Assembly: GCF_000150275.1 (NCBI RefSeq)
Contig: NW_002060943.1
Span: forward strand, 4,732,008 to 4,796,007
Length of the DNA: 64,000 nt
From: Trichoplax adhaerens
Lineage: Eukaryota > Animalia > Placozoa
Direction: 5' to 3'
A model generated the notes under the pieces. The model saw only the letters and a list, made by a program, of their open reading frames with translations, was not told the DNA's origin and did no database searches. Shown in pieces: positions 40,213-53,800 of the stretch (positions are counted from its first letter, which is position 1; each line of letters begins with the position of its first letter). The position numbers and the translations under genes are program-made.

Positions 40213-40375
40213 CTACAGTACGTACAGTACAGTACAGTACAGTATGCAGTGATTCCTGATACTGTGTACTATACTCAGTGTACAGTACTGTACAGTATGT
40301 ACAGTATAGTAATACAGTACAGTGTACAGTATGTACTGTACTGTACTCTTACACTGTACTGTACTGTACTGTACA
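40213..40375. repeat. (CAGTA)n/(TACTG)n self-complementary microsatellite
   Basis: CAGTA units on the left and TACTG units on the right, ~130-290 bp upstream of the FUT8 ATG. Confidence 0.85.
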
Positions 40376-40815
40376 ACGTGATCCTTTTCGTTTTAGATAA
40401 TTTAACACTCATGTTTTGCGACATTTTGAGAACGAAATTCATCAAAATTGTTACGTGTGGAAAGATATATAAAACAGAAATTTAACTACGGATTCGAAAT
40501 CTTCAACTAATGCACTATCGTTTGAACTACTTTTTACATGATTTGGTCAATATGAAAGCATTTACAGTACTGATTTAATTAATAATCTGGAACGAAAAAC
40601 ACTCACGCTGTACAGTACAGTGTAACGTGAACACGTACTGTACACTGTACACTGCAGTATCCATGTTTAGCCATTCATGGGCTCCATGTGCCTTTTGAAC
40701 AGTAGATAGTTCTGTACTGTACTGTACACCACTGACTGAGAAACTATTGTAGTCTGCGCTGTAAGGTTTGCATCCCGTCCCAATTTTGTTTCCCTCCATT
40801 GGTTGGGGCAGAGTG

Positions 40816-41180
40816 GTTTCAGCGAAAGTGTCCATTCCTGCATTGGCTATTGATAGGCAATTCTAAAGCTGAAAACTGTTGTACAACTCCCAGTCTATAC
40901 ATACTGTACATTGAGTATACAAGTGTTTGACTCGTACATTCGTTTCAGCGAAAGTGTCCATTCCTGCATTGGCTATTGATAGGCAATTCTAAAGCCGAAA
41001 ACTGTCGTACTGCTCCCAGCCTATACAGTACATTGAGTATACAAGTGTACGACTCGTACATTCGTTTCAGCGAAAGTGTCCATTCCTGCATTGGCTATGG
41101 ATAGGCAATTCTAAAGACCAAAACTGTCGTACAACTCCCAGCCTATACAGTACATCAAGTATACATGTGTACGACTCGTA
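40816..41180. repeat. Tandem repeat, 3 units of ~122-126 bp
   Basis: Units start at 40816, 40942 and 41064 with GTTTCAGCGAAAGTGTCCATTCCTGCATTGGCTAT. High identity between units. Confidence 0.95.
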
Positions 41181-43912
41181 GATTAGTAGTAGTGTTTCCA
41201 TAACCAATCTGCATTGTTTTGCAGTATTTTATTTCGACTACCGACATGTCCAGTTGTACACAGTACAGCATTCATGGAGATGAAAAGCCATTAAACAATC
41301 AATAATGGGATTGCATGGAGCACCGCTGTACAGTACTAGTGGTCATGATGTAGTTGTACATTGATACACCATGGTTCCACTAACTTCGACATTTGTAACG
41401 GGAAAGTCTCACGGCAAAGAGACTACTGTACTCTTCGTCGAAACTTTCATTCTGTGCTTCTACTCTTCATTCTACTACTGTAACCTCCAGTCTATATCTT
41501 CTTGAAGTATACAATACATTACTATCAAGTGAACATGCATACCAACGAAAACGGTTTAGGTAGCGTTAGCCAATAACACACACAACAACTCAGCTAAAAT
41601 GTCGCAATCTAAACTCTGCAACGACTTAGTTTAACATCATTCATAACATAAAATAGATCTCAAAATGAGTCAGAAACATAGCTCCAAGATTCAATTTAGC
41701 AGTTGACAAAGCGAAAACATCGCCATCCGAAGATGACGGCTTTCGGATAAAAGATCACAAGTATAGCATAGGTCATTTTAAAAAAACCTCTAGGGGTCAG
41801 TCATACCATGACAATGACCTTGATTATATTAAAAATAAATAAATCATATAAATAATTCCCAAATAAATAATGATGAAAGGACGATAATGCCTAATTATAC
41901 TACATTAGTTGTCGCGGTAGACCCTTTAGCCTTAAGGTATACATTAATTATAACCAGGTACTTCTTGATAAAATAAGAGAAAAGAGATAGTTATAACACT
42001 GAATACTTTCTATGAAGTAAATAGCCATATGTAATGATCGATTGTCAACCAAGGACAGAACTAGTATAATTTTGCATTCTACTATTCACTGCAACAGCTG
42101 CAGAGGACTTCGCAGTACATTACGAAACTGCACAGTAAATCCAATTAGAGTACAGTGCTTGAGTACTGAATTTAAAAGTAGTTAACTGTAATCCGTCGCG
42201 TGCTTCACTGATTGTGACAATTTTTGTCATAGTAATAGTGTGAGATTGCAAACTGTTCCGAAGCATAGAGATATCGAAAACCCCTCAAAATCGTTGCTAT
42301 TGCTCATGATGTTAAAGACTTTCCTATATCAATCACCTATTCGAGTAAAAAAGAAGGGAAAAAGGAAAGCATGAAAGACTATGGCCAATTGGCCATGCCA
42401 AGGTACATACATCGGGGAGGCTTTTAAAAGGTACATGCGCAATGTCAACCATCGATTAATGCTTGTTGTTGTTTTTCCCCATCCATATCATAATAATAAG
42501 GGTACAGCCAAGTATAGTATGGAGCCTCCTTCATGATCGATGGACAATGAATCTATCATAACAATAACACGTCGAAATGAATAAAAACAAAATTGCAGCT
42601 ATCGATACTTTCTAATCGAAATGTAGCATTCGATTTCTTGTTAAGTCACTACTAGAACAAGACTTTTAGAGTACATTCAATCATCTGTACTACTTCTCTG
42701 ATCGAGTTTAAAAGTTAAAGTAATGTCCTAAGTGGTCGAATGATAACTTGCTAATACGATCGCATTATATATCGTCATACTACTGTATACTGTATGACAT
42801 ATATAGCAGTACATCGGAGGACACCAACGAACTCGAATAGACGAGACTTTGATTCGATCTGAATACGAGAAGCAAGCAGTATGAATTGAATAATGTAGTA
42901 TCTACTGCCCCAGGCGTTATAAAGTGAATAATAATAAATAGCACGAATGGCGTTCAGTATTATCTTCCGCTATACAGTATTATCATGAAGGATGAAAGGA
43001 AGCTCAATTAATTAACGTTATCCAGTAATACTCGATTACTGATTTTTTTTCTCCTTCTCACTGATTTCACACAAAATCCCTCAATTCAACACTCACTATG
43101 ATTAAACTAACATTGAATTTATTTCCAAAGTATCTCCCCTTTTTGCTTCAAATGACACATACATACATTTTATATTGGCAATGATAAAGTTGAAAATCGA
43201 TCAAATCGCTGTAGGAGATATTATTTAATAACATAAAGTTGCACTTGCAAGTACAGTACTATAAACGACAGAACGGTACTTCCGTTGCACTGCACGTAGG
43301 AATAAGAAGCCCTAAATTTTCACTCATCAAAGGGAATAGGTACCTTAAGCAAAAATCAAATTGGACTATATTATAACCTATCCTTTTCTATACAGAAAAA
43401 AAGTAGTCTTTGTAAAAAAAAAATTGACTTTGAGTGCATAGTACAACCGAGAGCAAACGGCAAACCAATTGCCTAATTCACTTTTTCTATCTCTGACGAC
43501 AATGAAATGTGCTACAATATGCTGTAAAATTCGCGTAGAAAAAGAATCAAATTCAATTTCTACTTGGCATCGATGTTAAAAGTTTAATAATTGAGACCTA
43601 ACAAGTATACAAAATCGAAAGTAATGCTCTTAATACTTTTAAAGCAAAAGAATAAAGTTTCCTATTAAAGTACTATTTGTAAGGCAATGAATTAATATGC
43701 ATGTCGATAGGATAGACTGTACTGCATTATAAACCTGTGTATACGAGTAAGTATACAAATCAGAAGACAAACGGAGACTTTATCGTGCCAGAAAATTAGC
43801 CAAACCGTTAAATCGAGATGACCGTCAATTAAAATCTAAATAACATAGACATGTTCGTACGTTATACTAGTTTTTATTATTAATGTTATACCATAATCTA
43901 ATTAGCCCACGC

Positions 43913-44656
43913 TTAAGCTATCCAGAGATCTTTCATCATCAATGTGCAAGCGCTAGAGCCTTGTTTGGGTATGGAGGAAAATACTTTAACGCCACCATGC
44001 GTAAAGGTAGCATAATCGATGCGATGAACCTCTTTATAATTCAGCAAAGAATAGACTTTCTTAGAAGTGGATGATGGTGCCTCACATACGCTATACTTTA
44101 AGCCATTCTGTTTGGCTAAAGCATCACATAACGATATTAGGATAGAAGCGATTCCTTTACGTGCATTTTTTGTCATGACAGAAATCATAAATTGGTGCAT
44201 GATTGTACCATCGTTTTCCAACAATTCTGCCGGTATGGAAGAGTCCAACTTATCTAACAAATGCAATGTAGCATCGTATTGCGATTGAATCATAGCCAAT
44301 TCGGCGTTAGTATAATTTGTTAAATCGGGTACTGTGCCGTAAGGAAAGGCAATTAAACATCCAGTAATTTCTCCAGAGTAGTTTTTCGCAACAATTCCAT
44401 ATTGTGTACCTACAGCAATTCTACAAAATTCTCGAGAAAATAGGAAATGATCAGCGGCTGTTACCTTCAGTGCAACACTCATGGGCTCGTAATTAGAATA
44501 ACAAATGCCAGTTACTTTTGCCGCTTCAGCAATATCTTCTTCTTGCATTAAACTGTACGTGATATCATGTTGATCATCTGTGACTGTTTTATCTGGACTA
44601 CTTATAAACCTTTCTACAATGGATACGATTTGATCACTTTTTTGAAAAATTTCCAT
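43913..44656 (-). CDS. GNAT-family N-acetyltransferase (AANAT-like/bacterial-like), 247 aa, intronless
   Basis: First ATG at 44656. EPM motif, acetyl-CoA-binding motif A (MISV...ARKGIA), CEA..STSK, and C-terminal IDYATFTHGG.KVFSSI...LMMKDL. Confidence 0.85.
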   Translation of the reverse strand: MEIFQKSDQIVSIVERFISSPDKTVTDDQHDITYSLMQEEDIAEAAKVTGICYSNYEPMSVALKVTAADHFLFSREFCRIAVGTQYGIVAKNYSGEITGCLIAFPYGTVPDLTNYTNAELAMIQSQYDATLHLLDKLDSSIPAELLENDGTIMHQFMISVMTKNARKGIASILISLCDALAKQNGLKYSVCEAPSSTSKKVYSLLNYKEVHRIDYATFTHGGVKVFSSIPKQGSSACTLMMKDLWIA

Positions 44657-47411
44657 GACCACATTCACGTTTTGTAATTTTAATCTGAAAGTCTCTCTTC
44701 CTTAATGTTATCGTCAATAAATCAAAACTCAAGCCTTGAAAAAAATATGTAAGAATATACCGTGGTACAAGCTGTCGCTGATTACTTTATTTTCCTCACA
44801 TTAATATCGACGTGTAGTTGATACTTATCGTTAACCAGCTAATCACAAAATAAAGTAGTTAAGATTGTTTAGACCCTTATAGTCTTTATGGAATCAAATG
44901 ATTAATCCAGCTAAAGCAATATTAATGACGTAAGTATCATGCTGAGTACTACCATTCTAATAACTTAATATAAATTACAATCATTTCCCTCCCGCCTAAA
45001 GCAAATAGAATTATCATATGTATATCTAGTGCATATTATAATACATGACTAAAACCACAATTATTGCGGACCATGATACGGTAATAATTTACATAATTTG
45101 CATTTTAATTCTACGTAGAAAATATCGCCACACGATAATTTTTCCTGACTTATTCTATATTGACATAACTGACCAGGCGGGTACCAGTAGCAAAACAAAG
45201 TTCAATCATAACTATTTGCTACGTTATACGTAGTTCCCGTACTTATATTAATCCACTGATAACAATGGACAATATCTCCGGCATTCCATTCAATACGTTG
45301 TAGACACATCCAATTTAGCAATTAGAGAAAGAAATTAACCTGATAATAATACTTCCTAGGCATGCAACTAAATCAACATTGAACTCATTACTTTATAGAG
45401 GCGCTGAGCGTTAGACTTACACGAGGAATGTCTATGGAGTTGATTCAAGATAGACCAACCCTAACTAACTCTAGGCTTTGTCATTCAATTATAAAAATTA
45501 TTAACTCGATTTATTACATTAGTTTTTGGGTCTGCTTTGACATGAGATAAAAACATAACTGATCGTTCGTTGGAGATAATACCTGTTTCAATAAGCACAG
45601 TTTGGGTCTGAGATCAGATCTTATCATCAATCTACGTATTTATTTTATCCAAAAAGAAACTATTATCACGGGTACATTTCAGAAGAACATTAACATTATC
45701 ATAGGAGATACATATCCGCGTATCTTATTGGATATTCCATGGAAAATGACGCCAAAATCACAGTACAAATGAACTTTACGTCATTTTTCTGGTAATTAGC
45801 ACGTCTCTGGGGTCAATACTTTTGGTATTCATTCTCCAGTAAATTTAAATGATCTTTTCTAGAAGAGAAGAGAATTAAACACTTTCATAAGAAAAGTTAA
45901 TCAGTAAACCCACATTCTATATCACATTTATCGTCTCTTCTTAGAGCCGATATTTTAGCATTCATTCTCTAATAAATTGAAGTGAAATTTTCTAAAAGAG
46001 AGGAGATTTAAGTACTATCATTAGAAAAACTATTCAGCAAACTCGTATTCTAAATTTCATTTTATCTATATAAGGAATTAATATAGATTATATATAATTG
46101 ATATTAGATTAAATACGTATCAAATTTTTTATTTATAAGAAAGGATTTAAAGTGATGTTTACGACGGATATTCGTATTTTCAAAAGTGTTTTCGTAAACT
46201 TATATGATTATTATGTCATCAAGATGGCAAAGAATCGCAACATTGATTAATAGTGCTAAGTTACTACCTCCTAATATAGTATATTTCGCAACCCATTATA
46301 AAACACTTTTTACTGCTATTTATTAGCGACCGTATATAGATTATTATTTAATTATTAAAACATAATTCTTGTATCTTTTTTCTACATTAACGAAATAATA
46401 ATTCATTTAGAAATCTTAAATCTTTAGAAATCGTCTAAGATATGAATAATCGACCAATAGTTGAAACTTATATCTATCCTCAATTACGTTATTTCTATTT
46501 CTAAGATACAACAATGTACGTATTCGATTTTAAAAGACAATGCTATACGTGTACTTATTGCAAAAAATAATAGCCATCAAAGTTAGGCTAAGAAATCACA
46601 AAAAAATTCGTAATAAGATAATTACTAAAAATCCACAACTTTCATCAAAGAATTATCATGCTGTCTTTTCTTTTATAAAGTATCGTTTCCACATTTACAC
46701 TAAGAAATTCGAACTTAATGATTAGTGTGCCGAATCCGTATCATGGAATTGTCACTCTATTTTCCTTTCTTAATTATTTCTACATAATTAATTAAGCAAT
46801 TTAAACTTTAGATAACGATGTATACCGAATACTGATTCACTGAAATAATATTTATAAAATGAATTATTTATGTTATTCTATTGGATAAACCTATTGATTA
46901 GAAACATTACACACTGATCCCGATTTGAATTTTATACAGTACGTGTCTCCTTCTACTACGACGAGAACAATATCATCAAATATTGATCCAGATAACTTTA
47001 CTACCACAATGTCACATTCCTAGCTTCAACTGGATGACAATTAACGTGAAATGCTAGAGACGTAGTAGACAATCTTGTTATTAAAGTTTTATAGTAAACT
47101 TTGAGATTTTAATGTGCCAATCGGTATGTTAGATTAGGACCAAACATTTAGTTTGAAAGAATATGACGGTGAAATTCAATGTAAAAGTTATGATTAATAT
47201 TGAATATATTCTAAAATGTAAAGCGATTGATCGAAAGATATCACCGGCTAATCTTGACTAATAAGCGAATATTTCTTTACCTACAGCGAACGTCGTAAGC
47301 TTTCTACCAAAGAATAGTCATCATTATTACTTCTTTTTGATCCTTAATACAATGATCTCATTATTGATAATCCTTGTGAAATTTTAATAAGTACTGATCA
47401 AATCATTGAAC

Positions 47412-47811
47412 ACGTTAATAGATTAACTTTTAAAGCTGTCTGATCTCTATCTATTACACATAATAGTAGATAAAGTAATATAGTAAAACTCATATTATAT
47501 CTAAGTTTTTGATAACATTATCCCACTATGGTGTTCAAGCTCTACTACAAGAACAAACCATATTTAGCCAATATCTATATCTTAACAATCTATTTAATAC
47601 GTTATTAGACTGATTTTGTAAAACTATCTGATCTCTCTGTCTATTTTTAACAATAATATTTATGCCCATAATGGAAGAGAAAAAGTGTCGTACCAAAATT
47701 CATATTGCCTGTAAATTTAGCAGTTTTGAAGTTTGGTAAAATTATTCCACCATGGCATTCAAGCCTTACTGCCGGGATAAACCATATCTAGACAATATCT
47801 ATATCGCAACA
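47412..47811 (+). repeat. Diverged tandem duplication
   Basis: 47412-47454 resembles 47599-47645, and 47517-47589 resembles 47741-47813. Confidence 0.65.
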
Positions 47812-50800
47812 ATATTTTTCGAATTTTTTTAAATTAAAAGTACCTTCAAGTACGCGTAGTAATATACCGTAATATACACATACTGAAATTTATATTATAC
47901 TTAGTAAACAAGTAACCGATGTATTGGATAGTTATAATAATATATCTACGCAAACTATTGTGAAAGGGATCAAGCTACTTTACATTAATATTTTTAATGA
48001 CTACTAGATAGCCAACATACTTAAAAATTCAACTGCTAGCTCTGCCTACATGTATGAATGTAGAGGAGTGAAGGATCAATAGGCTACGAAAATAATATTA
48101 AACCTCCAAAATTTCATTGTAAACAACTTGTGCAGCGGCTGCATGAAATGGAAGTCATAAAATTGATTTTATTGTCCTTTAATGGTAGATTTTTGCCGTG
48201 ATTGATATTATTTAATGTGGTAGAGAAAAGTTAAGATTGGGACCATCCAACTAAGCCTAATTAGTCTATCACAGGTGTTCATCGATTTCAAACTTTTAAA
48301 GTATTCTCTTATAAAAAAATTTTATATTGTAATTTGGTAAGAACATTGCATTCAGTAATTAGTGACCTTAGCAGAAGCAACAAGACTAAATTGCAAAAGT
48401 GAGAACTATCTCATCCTGCAAAACTTACTGTTTATAATCGTTTAATTAAGAGAATACAATGTGGCCGAAGTTTTAAGACATATTTGATGATTTTATTATG
48501 TAACTAAAATGTCACAGAACGGCTTTTAACCATATGAACTGCGTTGAGCAAGCAAAATAGGAGATATGAAATCCATGAGGTCATTTTTTGGCGATTTTAA
48601 CTGCACGAGTAGCAATATGATAGTATTTTTATTTTCCTGTGCTATCAAAAGAAACAAGCAGTGATAAACTGTAACTCACGTAGATTTAATAGCTGCCCCC
48701 GAACTAGCACTGTCTATCTAAATGCGATAACGGCAATACTTAGAAATTGGGCATTAACTTTTTCACGAAATTATTTATATTTTATTGACTTATCAAATAC
48801 TAAACTACTAAAATTTGCTATAAAATTTAAAATATCGCGTCAATATTAATTCTGTCGACCCAAAATTCGACGGATCTTGGCATTGGCTGCAAGCAGCTTA
48901 TTATTTAATTTCATTTCATTAACTCCCTAGTAAGTATAAATAGTTAATATAGCTTCCATTCCGTCTGATATTTATACTTTATTGTGACATTCATCACTCC
49001 TGTATTCTAAATTTCATTATTTACGTCATTGACAAAGATATGGTTTGCTGACGGACATCTACTGAAATTAAGTGGCACACGAACAGAAAAATTTTAATTT
49101 GATGGTGAATTTAATCAATGCGTTGTGCGTTACTCCTTTTGCTACTGTGATATGAAGTCTTTATTTAACAAAAATTATCCAATCATAAAAGACGTTAATA
49201 GCTGAGATAGGTTGATAATTAGTTGTAATTTTTCCTGACTACATGTTCTGTATCATTCTCGCAGATATTTATAGGATAATATCTATAAATAAAATATATA
49301 TCGACCAACAACAATATTTTCATAATTGTTGCAGAGGATGGAATCGCCGCAATTTGATTGCAAGTAAAATATCGAAAGTAGTCCAAGGTTTCTGTTAGAA
49401 ATTGTTTTGATAATTGATTTCAACTATCAATAACGAAATAACATCTTCGCAACGTCAGCTAGTAAAGTATACTATAGCTTTTATCGGGTGTATATTGTTA
49501 GTAGAAGCTAGCTATAGGAGATTCACTTTCTTGCCTGGTGAAGGTAACGAAAATTAACGAATTGCCTGTACCCTGCAGAATATCTTTTGATATTACTTAC
49601 GAGTAATAATATCCCATAATAATGCTGATAATATCATCGATCGATGATTACTTCTTCTGTTAGATTGCAAATCATGAAGACTTTGGCGCGAGTTGGCAGA
49701 GTAAATCATTCGAATTTTAGTGAAATCTCTTCAAGTACTATAAGTAATGTAAATTAATTGTGTTAAAACAGAAACTAGAGTCATAGTAATATGCTTAGGT
49801 CAGGCACTTATTGAACGTTATACGGTATACTGTTGTTGATAAACTAACAGATAATTCTTCTTATTGGCATAGCTATTTTTGCAAATTCGAACTGAATAAA
49901 ACATGCGCACTCAGACACTCAATGCCATTGATTAAACACCATTTAGTGCTTGATGGAAGGCTTAAGTATCCTGCTTTCAAGGGATAAATAGACCAGATGG
50001 TCCTAAAAGATATATCGAGTATAGTTGTACAAACTAGTAAGAAAGTACATACGCTTACATAATCGTGCCTCAATCACTTGTTCTTTTAAATGTTTTTTCC
50101 TCAAGTTAGCTCAGACCTTTGGTCCCATCAATTTGAATTTTAAAGAAATCGTTGTATATCTATCGCACTGAATCAGGAAGTAGAATGGTAACCAGTCTAC
50201 ATTAATAAATAAATGAAACAACCATGAATCGTCTTATCAAGCCTTTTAACTGTCAATATTAATTGCAAATAGTTATTGTAGTCGAACACCTTTATGAAAA
50301 CACTAACATAAGAGCTTATTCATGCAATTCTAGTATACTTTCATGGACCAAGAGTATAAGCAACTGCTGTTTCTATCGATAGTAATTCCATTTTTCTTTA
50401 TGTTAGCTTATAGAATTACTGTTTGCTTGCTAATATTATATATGAAAGTACGCATTACTTAATGTGAGAGCAATATAAAGGAAGACAACTTTAACAGATC
50501 TTGAACACAATAAGTACTATTTTGAACTACTGTAATTTTCAGGGAAACGTGTATCATTTCCTAGCCCTAAGCAATTAAAGATTCAACTTGTAAGCTTCCT
50601 TCGTAAGCTTACAAGTTTACAGTAATAAAGTTTTAAAAATACCCAAATTTTCCATACCAACCAATACAGCGAATGATGCCGCCTCAATCAATCAAACTAT
50701 CAAAAACTAGAATTAAATATAAAATTCACAGAATCGGAATATTATGCCTTCTCCAGTACTTCTTTATAGCTTACCTCACTTCTCCAATAATTTGCTAAAC

Positions 50801-53800
50801 TATCGAACTACACCACTTTATATAAGCTTTTCAGAGCCTATGTGGAGTCATTAACTACAGAATTATAATTTTAAGCTGCTCTAAAAATCCAAGTTATATT
50901 ATTGGCAATTTATCATACGAAATCGGATAAATTTTGCTCTATGATTCCTATGATTACTATTAATTAACTTTAAGCTACTTTAATCTGGTACTAATTTCAA
51001 AACTAATAAATTTTTTCAGTACTCCCATCATAAAAAGCATTCAAATTATGGAGAATTCTCAAAATCAGCCTTCATTGGATAGGAGTATAAGTAATGTAGA
51101 TATGGCGTACTGCATTTATCTCGCAAATCTTTATCTTTTAAGGGTACGAATAACTTACCTATTCAACATCCGCTCTAGCCACTAAATTATTCTCGATGAT
51201 ATTTTCAAACGAAGTATATTAGTTTGTATCCGTTGATTCCGATACTAAGAGCTCATCTACTAGATTCGATTTCCTTAAAGAGCCATAGAAAGGTTTTATC
51301 AACTGTCATTCTTATCTCGTTAATTACTACAACTTCCTGCTGACGCTTATAAATATAACTTACTTCCAGTTATTTATTGGCGAAGCTAATGCTAAACAAG
51401 GCATAACAGTGACCCATTTCCAAGAAATTATTATTTCAAATGAACACATTGGCAAGTCAACAGCTACTTTACTTTAATTCATTTTCGTTGATTCTTATAT
51501 CATGACGTTCAGGAATCGATCATTGTCACCTCTTTGACTATTTAAAGTTATTGTTACTTATGTTGTTTTAACACCTAACAATAATTTACACAGATAGTCA
51601 GCAGCCTTGAATCTCTTAACGTACATTTATTCTTCGAATATTATAAGTTAGCTATAAATTATCCGTCACTTTCGCTTATATGAATAAACTTTCTCTTAGC
51701 TGTTGTCATAGTAGAATTCGGACCACCTATTCCAACTCAGGGCTGTTTTATAATTTTACATTGATTTTAAGTTTCCAATTAGCATAATAGCATTGATATA
51801 AAGCTTGGGACTAACCATAATTCTAGGAATAATTATTGGCTTATGGTTACAAAAATTAGGTTAATAATATTTTCATGTTATAAGTAAAATAATTTAATAT
51901 GAATACTCAGTGTTTTGTTACAATGTTTTTGAATGCACACCACAACAGTGACTCAGGACAATACTGAATATCATTTCTATTTCTAAGCTTACTTTGAATG
52001 AGCCACACTTATCCAAAATGAATATCACTATTTCTTAATAATTTATAAAAATAGTTTTACAAAGATATTTATACTCTTTCAAACATAGTCTCTTTGGTTA
52101 AATCAGATAATTTACATGGCAATTTTTTTATCTTTGGATGGTTTTAAACATCGAGTTGTTGTCAAATGAAATTATAAAAGTTTAAAAAATAGCATCTAGG
52201 TCATATTAAGAATCTACTGCCCAAACTTTCCTGTGACAAGGGCTATATCCTATTCAAAACAGTTTAATACTTGATATAGAGCGACCGGTGTTATATTCCA
52301 TAGTAAGTGAAAAATCAGATATAATAGCAGGATTAAAATCAAAATAAACTACCTATGCAACATAATTAATATAATATTGCATTCAATCAAAACTGAAGAC
52401 ATTTTCTAGCTTATAATAGCGGTGGATCAGCCAAAAGGATAAAGACTAACACCGTTATAAAATATTAGAACAATGCAGTAAGCCCTATAATAAACTGCCC
52501 TTTTCGCTATTTTGATAGTTAAAATTTTTATAGGAAACTGTATAATTAGTTTAAAAAATGACTGCATCTCCACAAAAAAATTGGAGCAACAAGCACTATA
52601 ATGAACTGCTCTATATGTTTAAAACTGTTAATCTTGTAAGAATTGACAACCGTTAAAGTTTTCCCTCTCTGCCAAGTTCCTTTACTTTTAAAGAGTTATA
52701 GATAGATAAGCATCGAACTTTTCTAGTATTGGTCTAGAACTGATAAATTTCATTGATAATAGTATACTGTAAGCTTACATCCAATATAGATTAGTTGGGA
52801 AGCGTTTGCCAAAAACTAATATATCTATCTATGCTCATGTAATCGCTCGCTATTATTTGAAAACTTTATTCAGTGCAATAATATTTATTGAGATTACAAT
52901 CATCTATAATGCGCCTATAAATTATAACGGACATCCATACAGTGATTAAATATTGAATGATTTGATGTACAATCCTTGAATTATTTAATATAGAGAGATA
53001 GCTATATGATTTTAAAATAAAATAATTGTTCTACCAGTGCAGATTGCTGCTTGGTAATATCTCAGGAAATTGTTTAAAACAATGCATTAATAATATAGAA
53101 CTTCAGTTCCTATAGCATATACGAGTACTGTAACTAATGTCTTACTATCATGAAGGTACCCTTTATATTCCAAGTTTATTTTTAAAAGATTTTGCTATTC
53201 ATTTGTTAACTGCAGGTAAGAATGAACAAATACTTTGATACTAAAAAATTAAATTCCGATAATATCTTATATTAACTCTTGGAAAATAATTTTAATATTA
53301 ATATGACTGTATTATTCGTTGTCTAGATCCTAATATCATAATTTATTTTTGTGTCTTAATCATAAAGTTGATTAAGAATAAATGCCTAGATAGATACAAA
53401 AACCGAGCTATAACTAATTTCATATGATCTACAATTAGATCTTTAGTACCTTTACTTTAGCATAGAATGACCTATAAAAAATTGCGCGACATCTTTAAGA
53501 TTTTGCTGTACATTAGTGGTTAGATATTTTATTACTCGATTGTCGACGATAGCAGATCTCTATGTAGCATCGAATAATGTATAGAATTCTCCACTTTATA
53601 AGGATTAAATGCGACATATTAGCTACTATTAAATAATGTTATTTTATCTTATTCTCAATTTCTTTATTTGCCTAACTGCCATTAATTAATCAATTCATTA
53701 AAACGGGCAGTAATCTGATCTGTATTTAATTTTCGATCCAATTTCCGACTACGTTAGTGCAAATGATAACCGTTAACCACTATTTAATAATATTATTTTA

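Noticed and set aside
40183-40835. 100-aa and 86-aa ORFs
   Set aside because: Translations of the CAGTA/TACTG microsatellite and tandem repeat, with low complexity.
40816-41180. CRISPR array
   Set aside because: Eukaryotic context, whole units repeat without unique spacers, and no cas genes.
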